Of a stretch of DNA of 64,000 nt, positions 28,501 through 43,500 are shown piece after piece; position 1 is the stretch's first letter; each line of letters starts with the position of its first letter. The notes beneath the pieces were generated by a model. That model did no database searches. It saw only the letters and a program-made list of their open reading frames with translations, and was not told where the DNA came from. The position numbers and the translations under genes are program-made. Source of the stretch: Isurus oxyrinchus (taxonomy: Eukaryota); NCBI GenBank assembly GCA_026770705.1, contig JANJGN010000021.1, positions 107,756,001 through 107,820,000 of the forward strand, read 5' to 3'.

Positions 28501-31500
28501 CTGGCTTGACCACACTTTCAGGCAGTGTATACCACGTTTATATAGGTGTATATCCTCTATTTAAACCCTTATAGATTTTAAACGGCTCTTTCAAATCTCT
28601 CCTTCGTTTTCTCTGCTCCAAGGATAACAATCAGATCTCCAGCCTCTGCACATAACTGAAGTTCCTCCTGCCTAGAACCATTCTAGTGAATTTCCACTGC
28701 CCTCTTTCCAAGGCCTGCACATCCTTCCTAAATTGCATTTCATGAAGAATAAAGAGATTGATAGAAATGAGAGGAAGGAAATTCCTCCTCTTTGACCATG
28801 TCGCAAGGCCTGGGGTAGCGGAAGAGCATCAGATAAAATCGCTGACGCATCATCATACCCTTGGCCAATGGGGACCATCGGCCATGGTTCTGGGAGCGAC
28901 AGGTCAGAGAAGGAAAGGTGGCCAACTATGATGTGTTGAGTTTTCCTGTGGGGAGCAGCACAAAGTTGATCAGGAAAAGGCATTGGGAAGCACATGATTC
29001 ACAAGGATGAATCACTGGAGGATATTTATGCGCAGCTGCCATTGCAGGCGTGGGTTATAAATATAGATGAGCCTGTACATCCTCACAGGCAGAAATTAGA
29101 CCAGATTTGGAAGCCAGAATGCCGGCTGACGTGATAACTTGTCTCCATCACTTGTGACTTTGCAGCAGTGAGTAAACGAGGATCCGACTTTCCAGCTCAC
29201 AGACAGTCACTGCTCCCACTGACTGGAACCCTGAGCTTCTCGGTCTACCACAGTCATTGGTCAGAGTGACCGTCATCGCCACTGCAACTGATAAAAGCTT
29301 TGGAATGGAAGAGAGAGAAAGAGTATCGACAGCTGACAAGCCCATCAGATATGGGAAGTAAAAGCAGATGAAAATAGTTTCCCTCGGAAAGGCATCTGCT
29401 GAGAAATGAGGAAAATATTTTTCGCTGTCTGCAGTAGTAAAAGACAGAGAATGCAGGCATTTCACCGGGAATTGTGATGGCAATTGGCTGAATGATAGGT
29501 ACCTCTTGTGGTGATTACAGCTATTGATGGTGCTGAGCGTCGACCTCTGGAAATTGCATAGACATAGATGGTGTATTTGGTGTTAGGCCTCAGGCCTGTG
29601 ATGAGGTAGGAGCTCCGATTGTCCGTCACCGTCAGGTTCCGCACACTCTGGGAGCCCTGGGCTCTGTATTGGATCAGGAAGGAATCAAAGACCAACTGTG
29701 TCGTCCAGGAGATCCGCACCGAGTGGGCAGTCACCCCGGAAATGGAAACAGCGCCGAGTTTAACGGGTTTGACCGCATCTTTATCTGTGGAGGCTCAAAG
29801 GAGGGGAGGTGGGAGTAAAGACCAGAGGTAAAATATTCACCAGCGGGTCGAATACACACCCAGCTCAGCAAAGTCAGAGAAACCCCAGAGGAAAACCTGC
29901 AGCCAAAACGATTCCCACCAATCAGAATCTCTTCTGTGTGACTCCCTACGCAGCCTGTAAGATACTCTTAGATGCTGAAGTTCACCTCAGTTACTGTGAC
30001 ACACTTAGTTTGGCCCTAAACCGACAAACTGTCACCTCATGGTAAACAATGTAACAATGAGGATTAAGTTGTATTGACTGCACTGTGTGATGGGGAGCGT
30101 GTGACAGGAGGTTCGTGTGACATGTCCAGGAAGAGGGCGCCACATGCTAAGAGGATTCATACCAGCTCTTCACTACAAACTCATACTCTTGCTGCCATTA
30201 CTGTGTTCAGAAAGGCTTTCACTGGATAGAGCAGCTCATTCTCCAGCATCATCCCAATGATCCTCACTGTGAAGTGAGCAGCCATTGTTATTAGGGACAA
30301 TTAACAACGAACAATAAGATGAATGAGGGGCTGACTCGAGCCATGGGCCTGGGAGTTGGGGTGATGAACAGTAATATCAAACTTGCATTAACTTTGTGCC
30401 TTTAATATTAGAAAATCAGCCATGACATTGGGAATAATCGAGAGGATACTGGAAATATAAGACAGGTTACCAGGAAGTATTCTGGAATATTGGATTCTCA
30501 GTAATTTTATACTATTAATAATATGATATTAATAATATATAATATAGTATTGTGTTAGCCACTGTAATTGTAAATATTGGACTGGACACCTGGAACATTG
30601 CCCAGTATATTGGGAATATTGGGCAGGGCACCAGAAATACTGGGAAATATTGGACTGGACAGCAGAACTACTGGAGTGGACAGTGGGGAAAATTGGACTG
30701 GATGGTGCAAATCTGGGACTGGACGTTGGGGAAAATTGCACTGGACAGTTGTGAAAATTGGACTGGACATGGGTGTATTGAACTGGACAGTGGTGAATAA
30801 TGGACTGGACATTTAGGAGTTTTGGACTGCACACTGAGGAATATTGGAGTGGACATTTGGGAGTATTGGACTGCACACTGGGGAATATTGGAGTGGACAG
30901 TGGGGATTTTGGTCTGGACACTGGGGAATATTGGACTGGACAGTGAGGTATATTGGATTGGACAGTGGGGAATATTGGACTGGACCATGGGAATATTGGA
31001 CAGAACGGTGGGAATATTGGACTGGACAGTGGAATATCGCACTGAATGCTCTGCTGTGATGCCCTGTGGCCAAGATGATTGGTTTCTGTCATTTGGATCA
31101 AACAGATCTAACACTTAAGTTGCAGTCAAAGGGACAAACAAAAATCTTCCTGCAGCTCACAGCAGCGGATCTGTCACCTTCAAATTGCTCTGGGCTGGGA
31201 GGCATCCTCACCCTCCCCCCGAGTGCCCAGGACCTGCCTGGTATGCTCGGCTCTGATGTTGGGAGAGGCCCCATATCTATGGCAACAGAATGATTTCTGT
31301 TGGAGCTGTGCAAGTTAAAATGAGAGCACCCACTCATGAGATTGGTCCCCAAACATTTCCTCAGTCAATTTCCCTCTTCTCAATCGCGTCTCAGAAAAAC
31401 ATTCAAGGATAGTTTTCCCTTTTGTAGGTTAGGAAGCAACATGCATTACAAAGTATCACTCGTTTTCAGTGGAAATAGCTGAGGTGTTGGCGGAAGTGGT

Positions 31501-34500
31501 CAGTGGCCTAGTGCGTTGGCCACCAGACACCCCATAGAGATGGAGCCTGTAAGCAGTGGTAGGCCTCAGGTCTGTGATGACGGTGGATCGATGTTCACCG
31601 GTTACCGTGAGGTTTCTCACATCCTCAGAGCCCTCGAGCCCGTATTCAATGAGAAAGGAATCATAGGTCCTCTCTGTTACCCAGGAGAGTTTGAGGGATT
31701 GGGCCGTGACCTTAGACACGGAGAAATTGTCCAGATCCGCCACTTCAATCGGCCTCTGACCCTCTTTATCTGTGGAGACTACAATTCAAAATAAAAACAA
31801 TGATTGTTAATCGGCCCTCTAGCCTGAGCTGAGGAGAAAGATCGAGTGAGTTCTGGACAGGAAATTGAGGAAAAGCAATTCCCAATGAGGAGAGGGTGAG
31901 AGAGGAACACTCCTTAACTCATCTGAGATTCTCCCCTCTATCCCAGTGCGGAACTCACACCAGCATTGATGGAGAATTTAGCTGAGAAAAGATGCTCCTG
32001 AATTCAATGGTGCCTCAAGGAATGCAAGATTTAACGGCACCTCACCAGCAGCTGAAGCAGACTCCGAGAACGACAACAACTAACAACATCTTGCATTTAG
32101 CTAGCACCATTAGAATAGTCAAACATGCCAATGCCCATCACAGGAGCGTTTTCAGACTGAATTAAACGCCGAGATCCGTAAAGAGATATCAGAACAGGTA
32201 ATGGAGAGCTTGGCCAAAGAGGTAGAATTTAACAGAGAACAGATCTAGTTAGGGAGGTTGAAGAATATAGACAGAAGGGTAATAATGTTCATTATTAGTC
32301 TAAATAAACCAGGTTGAGTCTCGGCACATTCTGAATCGCATTAGCCTTTATGTCACTGAACCAGACAAACTCTGATAGACTAACAGGAAACTTCAATAAG
32401 CACAGACTCAATAGACCTGCAGGGACACCATACATCCCATCCCTGAGAATTCAATGTCCAGTCTGATTACTTGTAAATCTAAAAGGAGCTTCACTGGATT
32501 CAGGAGTGTAACTGGGTTTAATAAGACCCCAATATCCAAACCAGCTCAGCCTGTCAGGAATCTCCTGATGGGAAATTTCCCCAGCTTTTCACTGAAGCAA
32601 ATAGTTCTGCAGGGACCTCACATGTGAGAATCAGAACACAATTTACTCCAACTAAAACACAGACAGTAAATGGGGAATAAACACATCCAGGTCTGAAACC
32701 TTCCTGAAGAAACCCAAGGCACAATGTATTTTACTAACATGAAGGCAGGTCAGAGGATCACAGAATGATAGAGCACAGAAGGAGGCCATTCCGCCCTTCA
32801 TATTTGTGCCGATTCTTTGAAAGATCAATCCAATTAGTCCTACCACGCCTAATCCTCCCCCATTAATGAGTTACTTTTTTCCCTTCAAGTATTTATCTGA
32901 GTCTCTTTTCACTGTTACTACTGAAACGTCTTCCACCATCTCCTCAGACAGTATTTGTCCAGATTGTTGTGTAATAAATATTTCCTCATGTTGTTTCTGG
33001 TCCTTTTGCCAATCCTCTTCATTCTGTGTGCACTGGTTACTTGCCACTGGAAAATGTTTGGAATCCTAGACTCATGAATATTTACTGCATGGGGGAGACC
33101 TTTTGGCCCATTGTGTCTCTGCCAGACCTCTACAAAGTCAATTCACCATTGCTACTCCTGCGCCCATTTCTTTGTCGTTCTGCAATTCTGCTGTGCTCAG
33201 GTAATTATCCAATTCCCTATAGACAACCTATATTGAATCTGGCTCACCACACTTTCAGGCAGTGTATACCATGTTTGTATAGGTGTATGTCCTCTGTTTA
33301 AACCCTTCTGCTCTTTCAAATCTCTCCTTCGTCTTCTCTGCTCTAAGGATAACAATCTGATCTCCAGTCTCTGCACATAACTGAAGTTCCTCCTCTCTAG
33401 AACCATTCTAGTGAATCTCCACTGCCCTCTTTCCAAGGCCTGCACATCCTTCCTAAAGTGCGGTTCGTGAAAGATAAATAGATTGACAGAAATGAGAGGA
33501 AGGAAATTCCTCCTCTTTGACCATGTTCGTGAGGCCTGAGGTAGCGGAAGAGCATGAGATTAAGTCGCAGACACATCATCATACCCTTGGCCAAAGTGGA
33601 CTGTTGGCCATTGGTCTGGGGGGTACAGGTCAGGGAAGGAAAGTTGGCCAACTATGATGTGTTGCTGAGTTTTCCTGTGGGGAGCAGCCCAAAGTTGATC
33701 AGGAAAAGGCATTGGGAAGCACATGATTCACAAGTATGAATCACTGGAGGATATTTATATGCAGCCCCCATTGCAGGCGTGGTTTATAAATATAGATGAG
33801 CCTGCACATCCTCACGGGGAGAGATTGGACCAGATTTGGAAGCCTCACTGCCGGCTGAGGTAATAACTGGGCACCATCACTTGTGACTTTGCGGCAGTGA
33901 ACACATGAGGATCCGACTTTCCGGCTCTCAGACAGTCACTGCTCCCACTGACCGGAACCCTGAGCTTCTCGGTCTATCACAGACATTGGTGCAGATTGAC
34001 CAGCGTCGCAATAGCAGCTGATAAAAGCTTGGGAATGGAAGAGATGGAGAAAATATCGACAACCGACAAGCCCATCGGAGTTGGGAAGTAAAAGCAAAAG
34101 TAATATTTTCCCTCATAAAGGCATTCGGTGAGAAATGAGGAAAATATTTTTCGCTGGCTGCGGTAGTAAAAGACAGAGAATGCAGGTATTTCACCGGGAA
34201 TTGTGATGGCAATTGGCTGAACGGTAGGTACCTCTAGTGGTGATTACAATTGTCGATGGTGCTGAGTGTTGACCTCTGGAAATCGCATAGACATAGATGG
34301 TGTATTTGGTGTTAGGCCTCAGGCCTGTGATGAGGTAGGAGCGCCGATTGGCCGTCACCGTCAGGTTCCGCACACTCTGGGAGCCCTGGGCTCTGTATTG
34401 GATCAGGAAGGAATCAAAGACCAACTGTGTCGTCCAGGAGATCCGCACTGAGTGGGGAGTCACCCCGGAAATGGAAAGAGCGCCGAGCTTATCAGGTTTG

Positions 34501-37500
34501 ACTGCATCTTTATCTGTGGAGGTTCAAAGGAGGAGGAAGGGAAGGAAAGAACAGGTAAAATATTCACCAGCGGCTTGAATACACACCCAGATCAACAAAG
34601 TCAGAGAAACCCCAGAGTAAAATCAGCAGCCAGAACTATTCCCACCAATCAGAATCACTTCTGTGTGACTCCCTACGCAGCCTGTAAGATACTCCTGGAT
34701 GCTGAAGTCCACCTCAGTCACTGTGACACACTTAGTTTGGCTGTAAACCGACAAACCATCACCTCACGGGAAACAATGTAAGAATGCGGATGGAGTTGTA
34801 GGCACAGTGTGACGGGGAGCGTGTGACAGGAGGTTAGTGTGCCATGTCCAGGAAGAGGGCGCCACATTCTAAGAGGGTTCATATCAGCTCTTAACAACAA
34901 ACTTGTACTGTTTCTGCCATTACTGTGTTAAAAAGAAAGGCTTTGATTGGATAGAGCAGCTCATTCTCCAGCATCATCCCAATGATCCTCACTGTGAAGT
35001 GAGCAGCCATTGTTATTAGGGTCAATTAACAAAGAACAATGAGATGAATGAGGTGCTGACTCGAGCCATGGATCTGGGAGTCGGGGTTTTGAACAGCAAC
35101 TTGCTTTAACTTCGTGCCTTTAATATTGGAAAATCAGCCCTGACACTGGGAATATTGGACAGGATACTGGAAATATTTGACAGGATGCCAGGAAGTATTC
35201 GAAGTATCAGGAATATTGGATTCTCAGTAATATTATAATAATATATCAATAACATTTTATAATATACTATTGTGTTAGCCATTGTAATTGTAAATATTGG
35301 ACTGGACACCTGGAACATTGCCCAGTACATTGGGAATATTGGGCAGGGCACCAGAAATACTGGCAAATATTGGACTGGACAGTGGAACTACTGGACTGGA
35401 CAGTGGGGAAAATTGGACTGGATGGTGTGAATCTTCGAGTGGACATTGTGAATCTTGGACTGGACTTTGGGAATATTGGACTGGACAGTGATGAGTATTG
35501 GACTGGACACTGGGGGGTATTGGAATAGACAGTGGGCAGTGTCGGACTGGAGAGTGCGGAATATTGGATTGGACAGTTGGAAATATAGGACTGGACCCCA
35601 GGAATATTTGACAGGCCATTTGGAAATATTGGACTGTACACTGGGGAGTATTGGACTGGACAGTGGAGAATATTGGACTGAACAGTGGGGAATATTGAAC
35701 TGGACACTGGGGTGTACTGGACTGGACACTGGGGAGTATTGGACTGGACAGTGGAGAATATTAGACTGGACTGTGGGCAATATTGAACTGGACACTGGGG
35801 AGTATTGGACTGGACACTGGGGAGTATTGGACTGGACAGTGGGGAATATTGGACTGGACAGTGGGGAATATTGGACTGGACAGTGGGGAATATTGGACTA
35901 GACCCTGGGAATATCAGACAGGATAGTGGGAATATTGGACTGGGCACTGGAATATTGCACTGAATACTGAGATGACCTGTGGCCGAGATGATTGGTTTCT
36001 GTCATTTGGATCAAACAGATCTAACATGTTGTAAATTGCAGTCAAGGGACTGAAACAAGTTTCCTGCAGATCAGAGCAGCAGATCTGTCACCTTCGAACT
36101 GATCGGGGCTGGGAAACACCTTCCCCTCCCCCCGCGTGCCCAGGACCTGCCTGATATACTCAGCTCTGATGTTGGTAGAGGTCCCATTTCTATGGCAACA
36201 GAATGATTTCTGTTGGACCTGTGGAAGTTAAAATGATAGCACCCACTCATGAGAGTGGTCCCCAAACATTTTCTTTGTCAATTTCCTTTTGTCAGAGAAA
36301 CATTCAGGAACAGCTTTCCTTTTTCTAGGTTAGGAAGTAACAGAAATTCCAAAGTATCACTCGTTTTCAGTGGAAATACCTGAGGTGTTGGCGGAAGTGG
36401 TCAGTGGCCTGGTGCGTTGGCCACCAGACACCCCATAGAGATGGAGGCTGTAGGCGGTTGTAGGCCTCAGGCCTGTGATGATGGTGGATCGACGGTCACC
36501 AGTTACTGTGAGGTTTCTCACATCCTCAGAGCCCTCGATCCCGTATTCAATGAGAAAGGAATCATAGGTCCTCTCTGTTTCCCAGGAGAGTTTGAAGGAT
36601 TGAGCCGTGACCTTAGACACGGAGAAATTGTCCAGATCCGCCACTTCAATCGGCCTCTGACCCTCTTTATCTGTGGAGACTACAATTTAAAATAAAAACA
36701 ATTATCGTTATCGGCCATCTGGCCTGACCTGAGGAGAAAGGTCGAGTGAATTCTGGACAAGAAATGGAGTAAAAGCTATTCCCAATGAGGAGAGGGTGAG
36801 AGCGGAACACTCCTTAACTCATCTGAGATTCTCCCCTCCATCCCAGTATGCAACTCACTCCAGCATTGAGGGAGAATTTGGCTGAGAAAAGACGCTCCTC
36901 AAGTCAATGGTGCCTCAAGGAATGCAAGATTTAACAGCAGCTGAAGCAGATTCCGAGAACAACAACAAATTGCATTTATCTAGCACTGTTAGAATAGTCA
37001 AACATCCCAATGCCCATCACAGAAGTGTCTTCAGATGGAATTTAACAGTGAGATATGTATAGAGACATCAGAACAGGTAATGGAAAGCTTGGCCAAAGAG
37101 GTAGAATTTAACAGAGAACAAGGCTAGTTCGGAGGTTGAAGAATACGGACAGAAGAGTAATAATGTGCATTATAGAATGAATAGACCAGGTTGAGTCTCG
37201 GCACATTCTGAACTGCTTTAGTCTTTATGTCACTGAACCAGACAAACTCTGATAGACTGACAGGAAACTTCGATAAGCACAGACTCAATAGACCTGTAGG
37301 GACACCTGCCATCACAACATCGAGAATTCAACGTCCAGTCTGCTTACTTGTAAATCTAAAATGAGCTTCACTGGATTCAGGAGTGCAACTGGGTTTAATA
37401 ACACTCTGATATCCAACCCAGCTCAGCCTGTCAGGAATCTCCCAATGGGAAATTTCCCCAGCTTTTCACTGAAACAAATAGTTCTGCCGGGACCTCACAT

Positions 37501-40500
37501 GTGAGAATCAGAACACAATTTACTTCAACTAAAACACAGACAGTGAATGGGGAATGAAAACATGCAGTTCTGAAAGCTTCCTGAAGAAACCCAAGGCACA
37601 ATGTCTTTTACTAACAGGAAGGCAGGTCAGAGGATCACAAAATGATAGAGCATAGAAGGAGGCCATTCTGCTCATCATGTCTGTGCCAGGTCTTTGAAAG
37701 ATCAATTCAGTTATTCCCAACACGCCTACTCCTCCCCCATAACCGAGTTAATTTTTCCTCTTCAAGTATTTATCTGAGTCTCTTTTCACTGTTATTATTG
37801 AATCGTCCTCCATCATCTTCACAGACAGTGTTTGTCCAGATCGTTGTGTAATAAGTGTTTCCTCATGTTGTTTCTGGTTCTTTTGCCAATCCTCTTTGAT
37901 CTGTGTGCACTGGTTACCAACCCTCCTGCCGCTGGAAAATGTTTAGAATCCTAGACTCATGAATATATATCGCACGGAGGAGGCCTTTTGGCCCATTGTG
38001 TCCCTGCCAGCCCTCTGCAAGGTCAGTTCACCACTGCTATTCCCCCGCCCGTTTTTCTGTCATTCTGCAAATCTGCTCAGCTCAGGTAATTATCCAATTC
38101 CCTATAGACAACCTATATTGAATTTGGCTCACCACACTTTCAGGCAGTGTATACCATGTTTATATAGGTGTATGTCCTCTGTTTAAACCCTTCTGCTCTT
38201 TCAAATCTCTCCGTCTTCTCTGCTCCAAGGATAACAATCTGATCTCCAGTCTCTCCACATAACTGAAGTTCCTCCTCCCTAGAACCATTCTAGTGAATTT
38301 CCACTGCCCTTTTTCCGAGGCCTGCACATCCTTCCTAAACTACAGTTTGTGAATGATAAAGAGAATGACAGAAATCAGAGGAAGGAAATTCCTCCTCTCT
38401 GACCACGATTGCAAGGCCTGGGGTAGCAGAAGAGCATGAGATAAAGTCACAGACACATCATCATACCTTTGGCCAATGGGGACCATCGGCCATGGTCTGG
38501 GAGCGACAGGTTAGAGAAGGAAAGTCGGCCAACTATGATGTGTTGTTGAGTTTTCCTGTGGGGAGCAGCACAAAGTTGATCAGGAAAAGCCATTGGGAAG
38601 CACATGATTCATAAGAATGAATCACTGGAGGATATTTATACGCAGCTGCCATTGCAGGCATGGGTTATAAATATAGATGAGCCTGCACATCCTCACAGGG
38701 ATAGATTAGACCAGATTTGGAAGCCTCAATGCTGGCTGACGTGATAACTGGGCAGCATCATTTGTGACTTTGTGGCAGTGAATACACGAGGTTCTGACTT
38801 TCCGGCTCACAGTCACTGCTCCCACTGACCAGAACAGTGAGCTTCTCGGTCTATCACAATCATTGGTCAGAGTGACCGGCATCGCCATAGCAACCGATAA
38901 AAGCTTGGGAATGGAAGAGAGAGAAAGAGTATTGACAGCCGACAAGCCCATCGGAGATGGGAAGTAAAAGCAGATGAAAATATTTTCCCTCGGAAAGGAA
39001 TCCGCTGAGAAATGAGGAAAATATTTTTCGCTGGCTGCGGTAGTAAAAGACGGAGAATGCAGGTATTTCACCGGGAATTGTGATGGCAATTGGCTGAACG
39101 ATAGGTACCTCTGGTGGTGATTACAATTGTCGATGGTGCTGAGCGTTGACCTCTGGAAATCGCATAGACATAGATGGTGTATTTGGTGTTAGGCCTCAGG
39201 CCTGTAATGAGGTAGGAGCGCCGATTGGCCGTCACCGTCAGGTTCCGCACACTCTGGGAGCCCTGGGCTCTGTATTGGATCAGGAAGGAATCAAAGACCA
39301 ACTGTGTCGTCCAGGAGATCCGCACTGAGTGGGGAGTCACCCCGGAAATGGAAAGAGCGCCAAGTTTAACGGGTTTGACCGCATCTTTATCTGTGGAGTC
39401 TCAAAAGAGGAGAGGTGGGAGTAAAGAGCAGAGGTAAAATATTCACCAGCCGGTCGAATCCACACCCAGCACAACAAAGTCGGAGAAACCCCAGAGCAAA
39501 ACCAGCATCCAAAACAATTCCCACCAATCAGAATCACTTCTGTGTGACTCCCTACGCAGCCTGTAAGATACTCCTGGATGCTGAAGTCCACCTCAGTCAC
39601 TGTGACACAATTAGTTTGGCCCTAAACTGACAACCTGTCACCTCACGGGAAACAATGTAACAATGGGGATGGAGTTGTATTGTCTGCACAGCGTGACGGG
39701 GAGCGTGTGACAGGAGTTTCGTGTGACATGTAGAGGAAGAGGGTGCCACATGCTAAGAGGTTTCATACCAGCTCTTCACTGCAAACTCGTACTGTTTCTG
39801 CCATTACTGTGTTAAGAAGAAAGGCTTTCACTGGATAGAGCAGCTCATTCTCCAGCATCATCCCAATGATGCTCACTGTGAAGTGAAGAGCCATTGTTAT
39901 TAGGGACAATTAACAACGAACAATGAGATGATGAGGGGCTGACTCGAGCCATGGGCCTGGGAGTTGGGGTGCTGAAATGCAACATGAAACCTGCATTAAC
40001 TTAGTGCCTTTGATATTGGAAAGTCAGCCATGACACTGGGAATATTGGACAGGATACTGGAAATATATGATACGTTACCAGGAAGTATTGGCCAGTCTTG
40101 TGGAATATTGGATTCTCAGTAATGTTATAATATTAATAATATGATATTAATAATATATTATAATTTAGTATTGTGTTAGTCACTGTAATTGTAAATATTG
40201 GACTAGACACCTGGAACATTGCCCAGTACATTGGGAATATTGGACAGGATGGTGGGAATATTGGACTGGACACTGGAATATCGCACTGAATGCTCTGCTG
40301 TGCTGTCCTGTAGCCAAGATGATTGGTTCTGTCATTTGGATCAAAAAGATCTAATACGTAAGTTGCAGTCAAAGGGACAAACAGAAAGCTTCCTGCAGAT
40401 CAAAGCAGTGGATCTGTCACCTTCAAATCACTCGGGGCTGGGAGACACCCTCAACCTCCCCCTGAGAGCCCACGACCTGCCACGTTTACTCGGCTCTGAT

Positions 40501-43500
40501 GTTGGGAGAGGTCCCATATCTATGGCAACAGAATGATTTCTGTTGGAGCTGTGCAGTTAAAATGAGAGCACCCACTCATGAGATTGGTCCCTAGACATTT
40601 CCTCAGTCAATTTCCCTCTTCTCAATTGTCTGTCAGAGAAACATTCGGAGATAGTTTTCCTTTTTGTACATTCGGAAGCAACAGAAATTACAAAATATCA
40701 CACATTTTCAGTGGAGATACCTGAGGTATTGGTGGAAGCGGTCAGTGGCTTGGTGCATTGGCCACCAGACACCCCATAGAGATGGAGCCTGTAGGCGGTG
40801 GTAGGCCTCAGGCCTGTGATGACGGTGGATCGACGGTCACCGGTTACCGTGAGGTTTCTCACATCCTCAGAGCCATCGAGTCCGTATTCAATGAGAAAGG
40901 AATCATAGGTCCTCTCTGTTTCCCAGGAGAGTTTGAGGGATTGGGCCGTGACCTTAGACACGGAGAAATTGTCCAGATCCGCCACTTCGATTGGCCTCTG
41001 ACCCTCTTTATCTGTGGAGACTACAATTCAAAATAAAAACAATGATCGTTAATCGACCCTTTGGCCTGAGCTGAGGAGAAAGATCGAGTGAGTTCTGGAC
41101 AGGAAATTGAGTAAAAGCAATTCCCAATGAGAGGGTGAGAGAGGAACACTCCTTAACTCAACTGAGATTCTCCCCTCTATCCCAGTGCGGAACTCACTCC
41201 AGCATTGATGGAGAATTTAGCTGACAAAAGATGCTCCTCAAGTCAATGGAGCCGCAAGGAATGCGAGATTTAATGGCACCTCTCCAGCAGCTGAAGCAGA
41301 CTCCAAGAACAACAACAACTAACAACAACTTGCATTTATCTAGCACCATTAGAATAGTCAAACATCCCAATGCCCATCACAGGAGCATTTTCAGATGGAA
41401 TTTAACGCCAAGATACGTAAAGAGATATCAGAAAGGTAATGGAAAGCTTGGCCAAAGAGGTAGAATTTAACAGAAAACAGAGCTAGTTAGAGAGGTTGAA
41501 GAATATGGACAGAAGGGTAGTAATGTTCATTATTAGTCTGAATAGACCAGGTTGAGTGTAGGCACATTCTGAATCGCTTTAGCCTTTATGTCACTGAACC
41601 AGACAAACTCTGATAGACTAACAGGAAACTTCGATAAGCACAGACTCAATAGACCTGTAGCGACACCATACATCACAACACCGAGAATTCAATGTCCAGT
41701 CTGATTACTATAAATCTAACAGGAGCTTCACTGGATTCAGGACTGTAACTGGGTTTAATAACACCCTGGCATCCAACCCAGCTCAGCCTGTCAGGAATCT
41801 CCCGATGGGAAATTTCCCCAGCTTTTCACTGAAGCGAATAGTTCTGCAGGGACCTCACATGTGAGAATCAGAACACAATTTACTTCAACTAAAACACAGA
41901 CAGTAAATGGGGAATAAACACATCCAGGTCTGAAACCTTCCTGAAGAAACCCAAGGCACTATGTATTTTACTAACAGGAAGGTAGGTCAGAGGATCACAG
42001 AATGGTAGAGCACAGAAGGAGGCCATTCCGCCCATCATATCTGTGCCGGATCTTTGAAAGATCAATCCAATTAGTCCCACCACGCATACTCCTCCCCCTT
42101 AATGAGTTACTTTTTTTCCCTTCAATTATTTATCTGAGTCTCTTTTCACTGTTATTACTGAAACGTCTTCCACCATATCCTCAGACAGTTTTTGTCCAGA
42201 TTGTTGTGTAATAAATGTTTCCTCATGTTGTTTCTGGTTCTTTTGCCAATCCCCTGCATTCTGTGTGCACTGGTTATTGACCCTCTTGCTACTGGAAAAT
42301 GTTTGGAATCCAAGAATCATGAACATTTACCGCACGGAGCAGGCATTTTGGCCCATTGTGTCCCTGCCAGCCCTCTACAAGGTCAATTCATCACTGCTAC
42401 TCCCCTGCCCGTTTCTTTGTCGTTATGCAAATCTGCTCTGTTCAGGTAATTATCCAATTCCCTTCTGAAAGCCTCGATCAAACTGGCACTTCCACACTTT
42501 CAGGCAGTGTATACCACGTTTAAATGGGCATGTCTTCTGTTTAAACCCTTCTAGATTTTAAGCTGCTCTTTCAAATCTCTCCTTCGTCTTCTCTGCTCCA
42601 AGGAGAACATTCTGATCTCCAATCTCTCCACATAACTAAAGTTCCTACTCCCTGGAACCATTCTAGTGAATCTCCACTGCCCTCTTTCCAAGGCCTGCAC
42701 ATCCTTCCTAAAGTGCAGTTCGTGAAAGATAAAGAGATTGACAGAAATGAGAGGAAGGAAATTCCTCCTCTTTGACCATGTTCGCAAGGTCTGTGGTAGC
42801 GAAAAAGCGTGAGATAAAGTCGCAGACACATCATCATACCCTAGGCCAAAGGGGCATGTTGGCCATTGTTCTTGGAGGTACAGGTCAGAGAAGAAAAGTT
42901 GGCCAACTATGATGTGTTGTTGAGTTTTCCTGTGAGGAGCAGCACAAAGTTGATCAGGAAAAGCCATTTGGAAGCACATGATTCACAAGGATGAATCACT
43001 GGAGGATATTTATACGCAGCCCCCATTGCAGGCGTGAGTTATAAATATAGATGAGCCTGCACTTCCTCACGGGGAGAGATGAGACCAGATTTGGAAGCCA
43101 CAATGCCGGCTGACGTGATAACTGGGCACCATCACTTGTGACTTTGCGGCAGTGAATACACGAGGATCTGACTTTCTGGCTCACAGACAGTCACTGCTTC
43201 CATTGACTGGAACCCTGAGCTTCTCGGTCTATCACAGTCATTGGTCCAGAGTGACCAGCATCGTCATAGCAACCGATAAAACCTTGGGAATGGAAGAGAT
43301 AGAGAGAATATTGACAAGCCCATTGGAGATGGGAAGTAAAAGCAGATGAAAATATTTTCCCTCAGAAAGGCATCCGGTGAGAAATAAGGGAAATATTTTT
43401 CGTTGTCTGCGGTAGTAAAAGACAGCGAATGCAGGCATTTCGCCTGGAATTGTGATGGCAATTGGCTGAACGATAGGTACCTCTTGTGGTGATTACAGTT

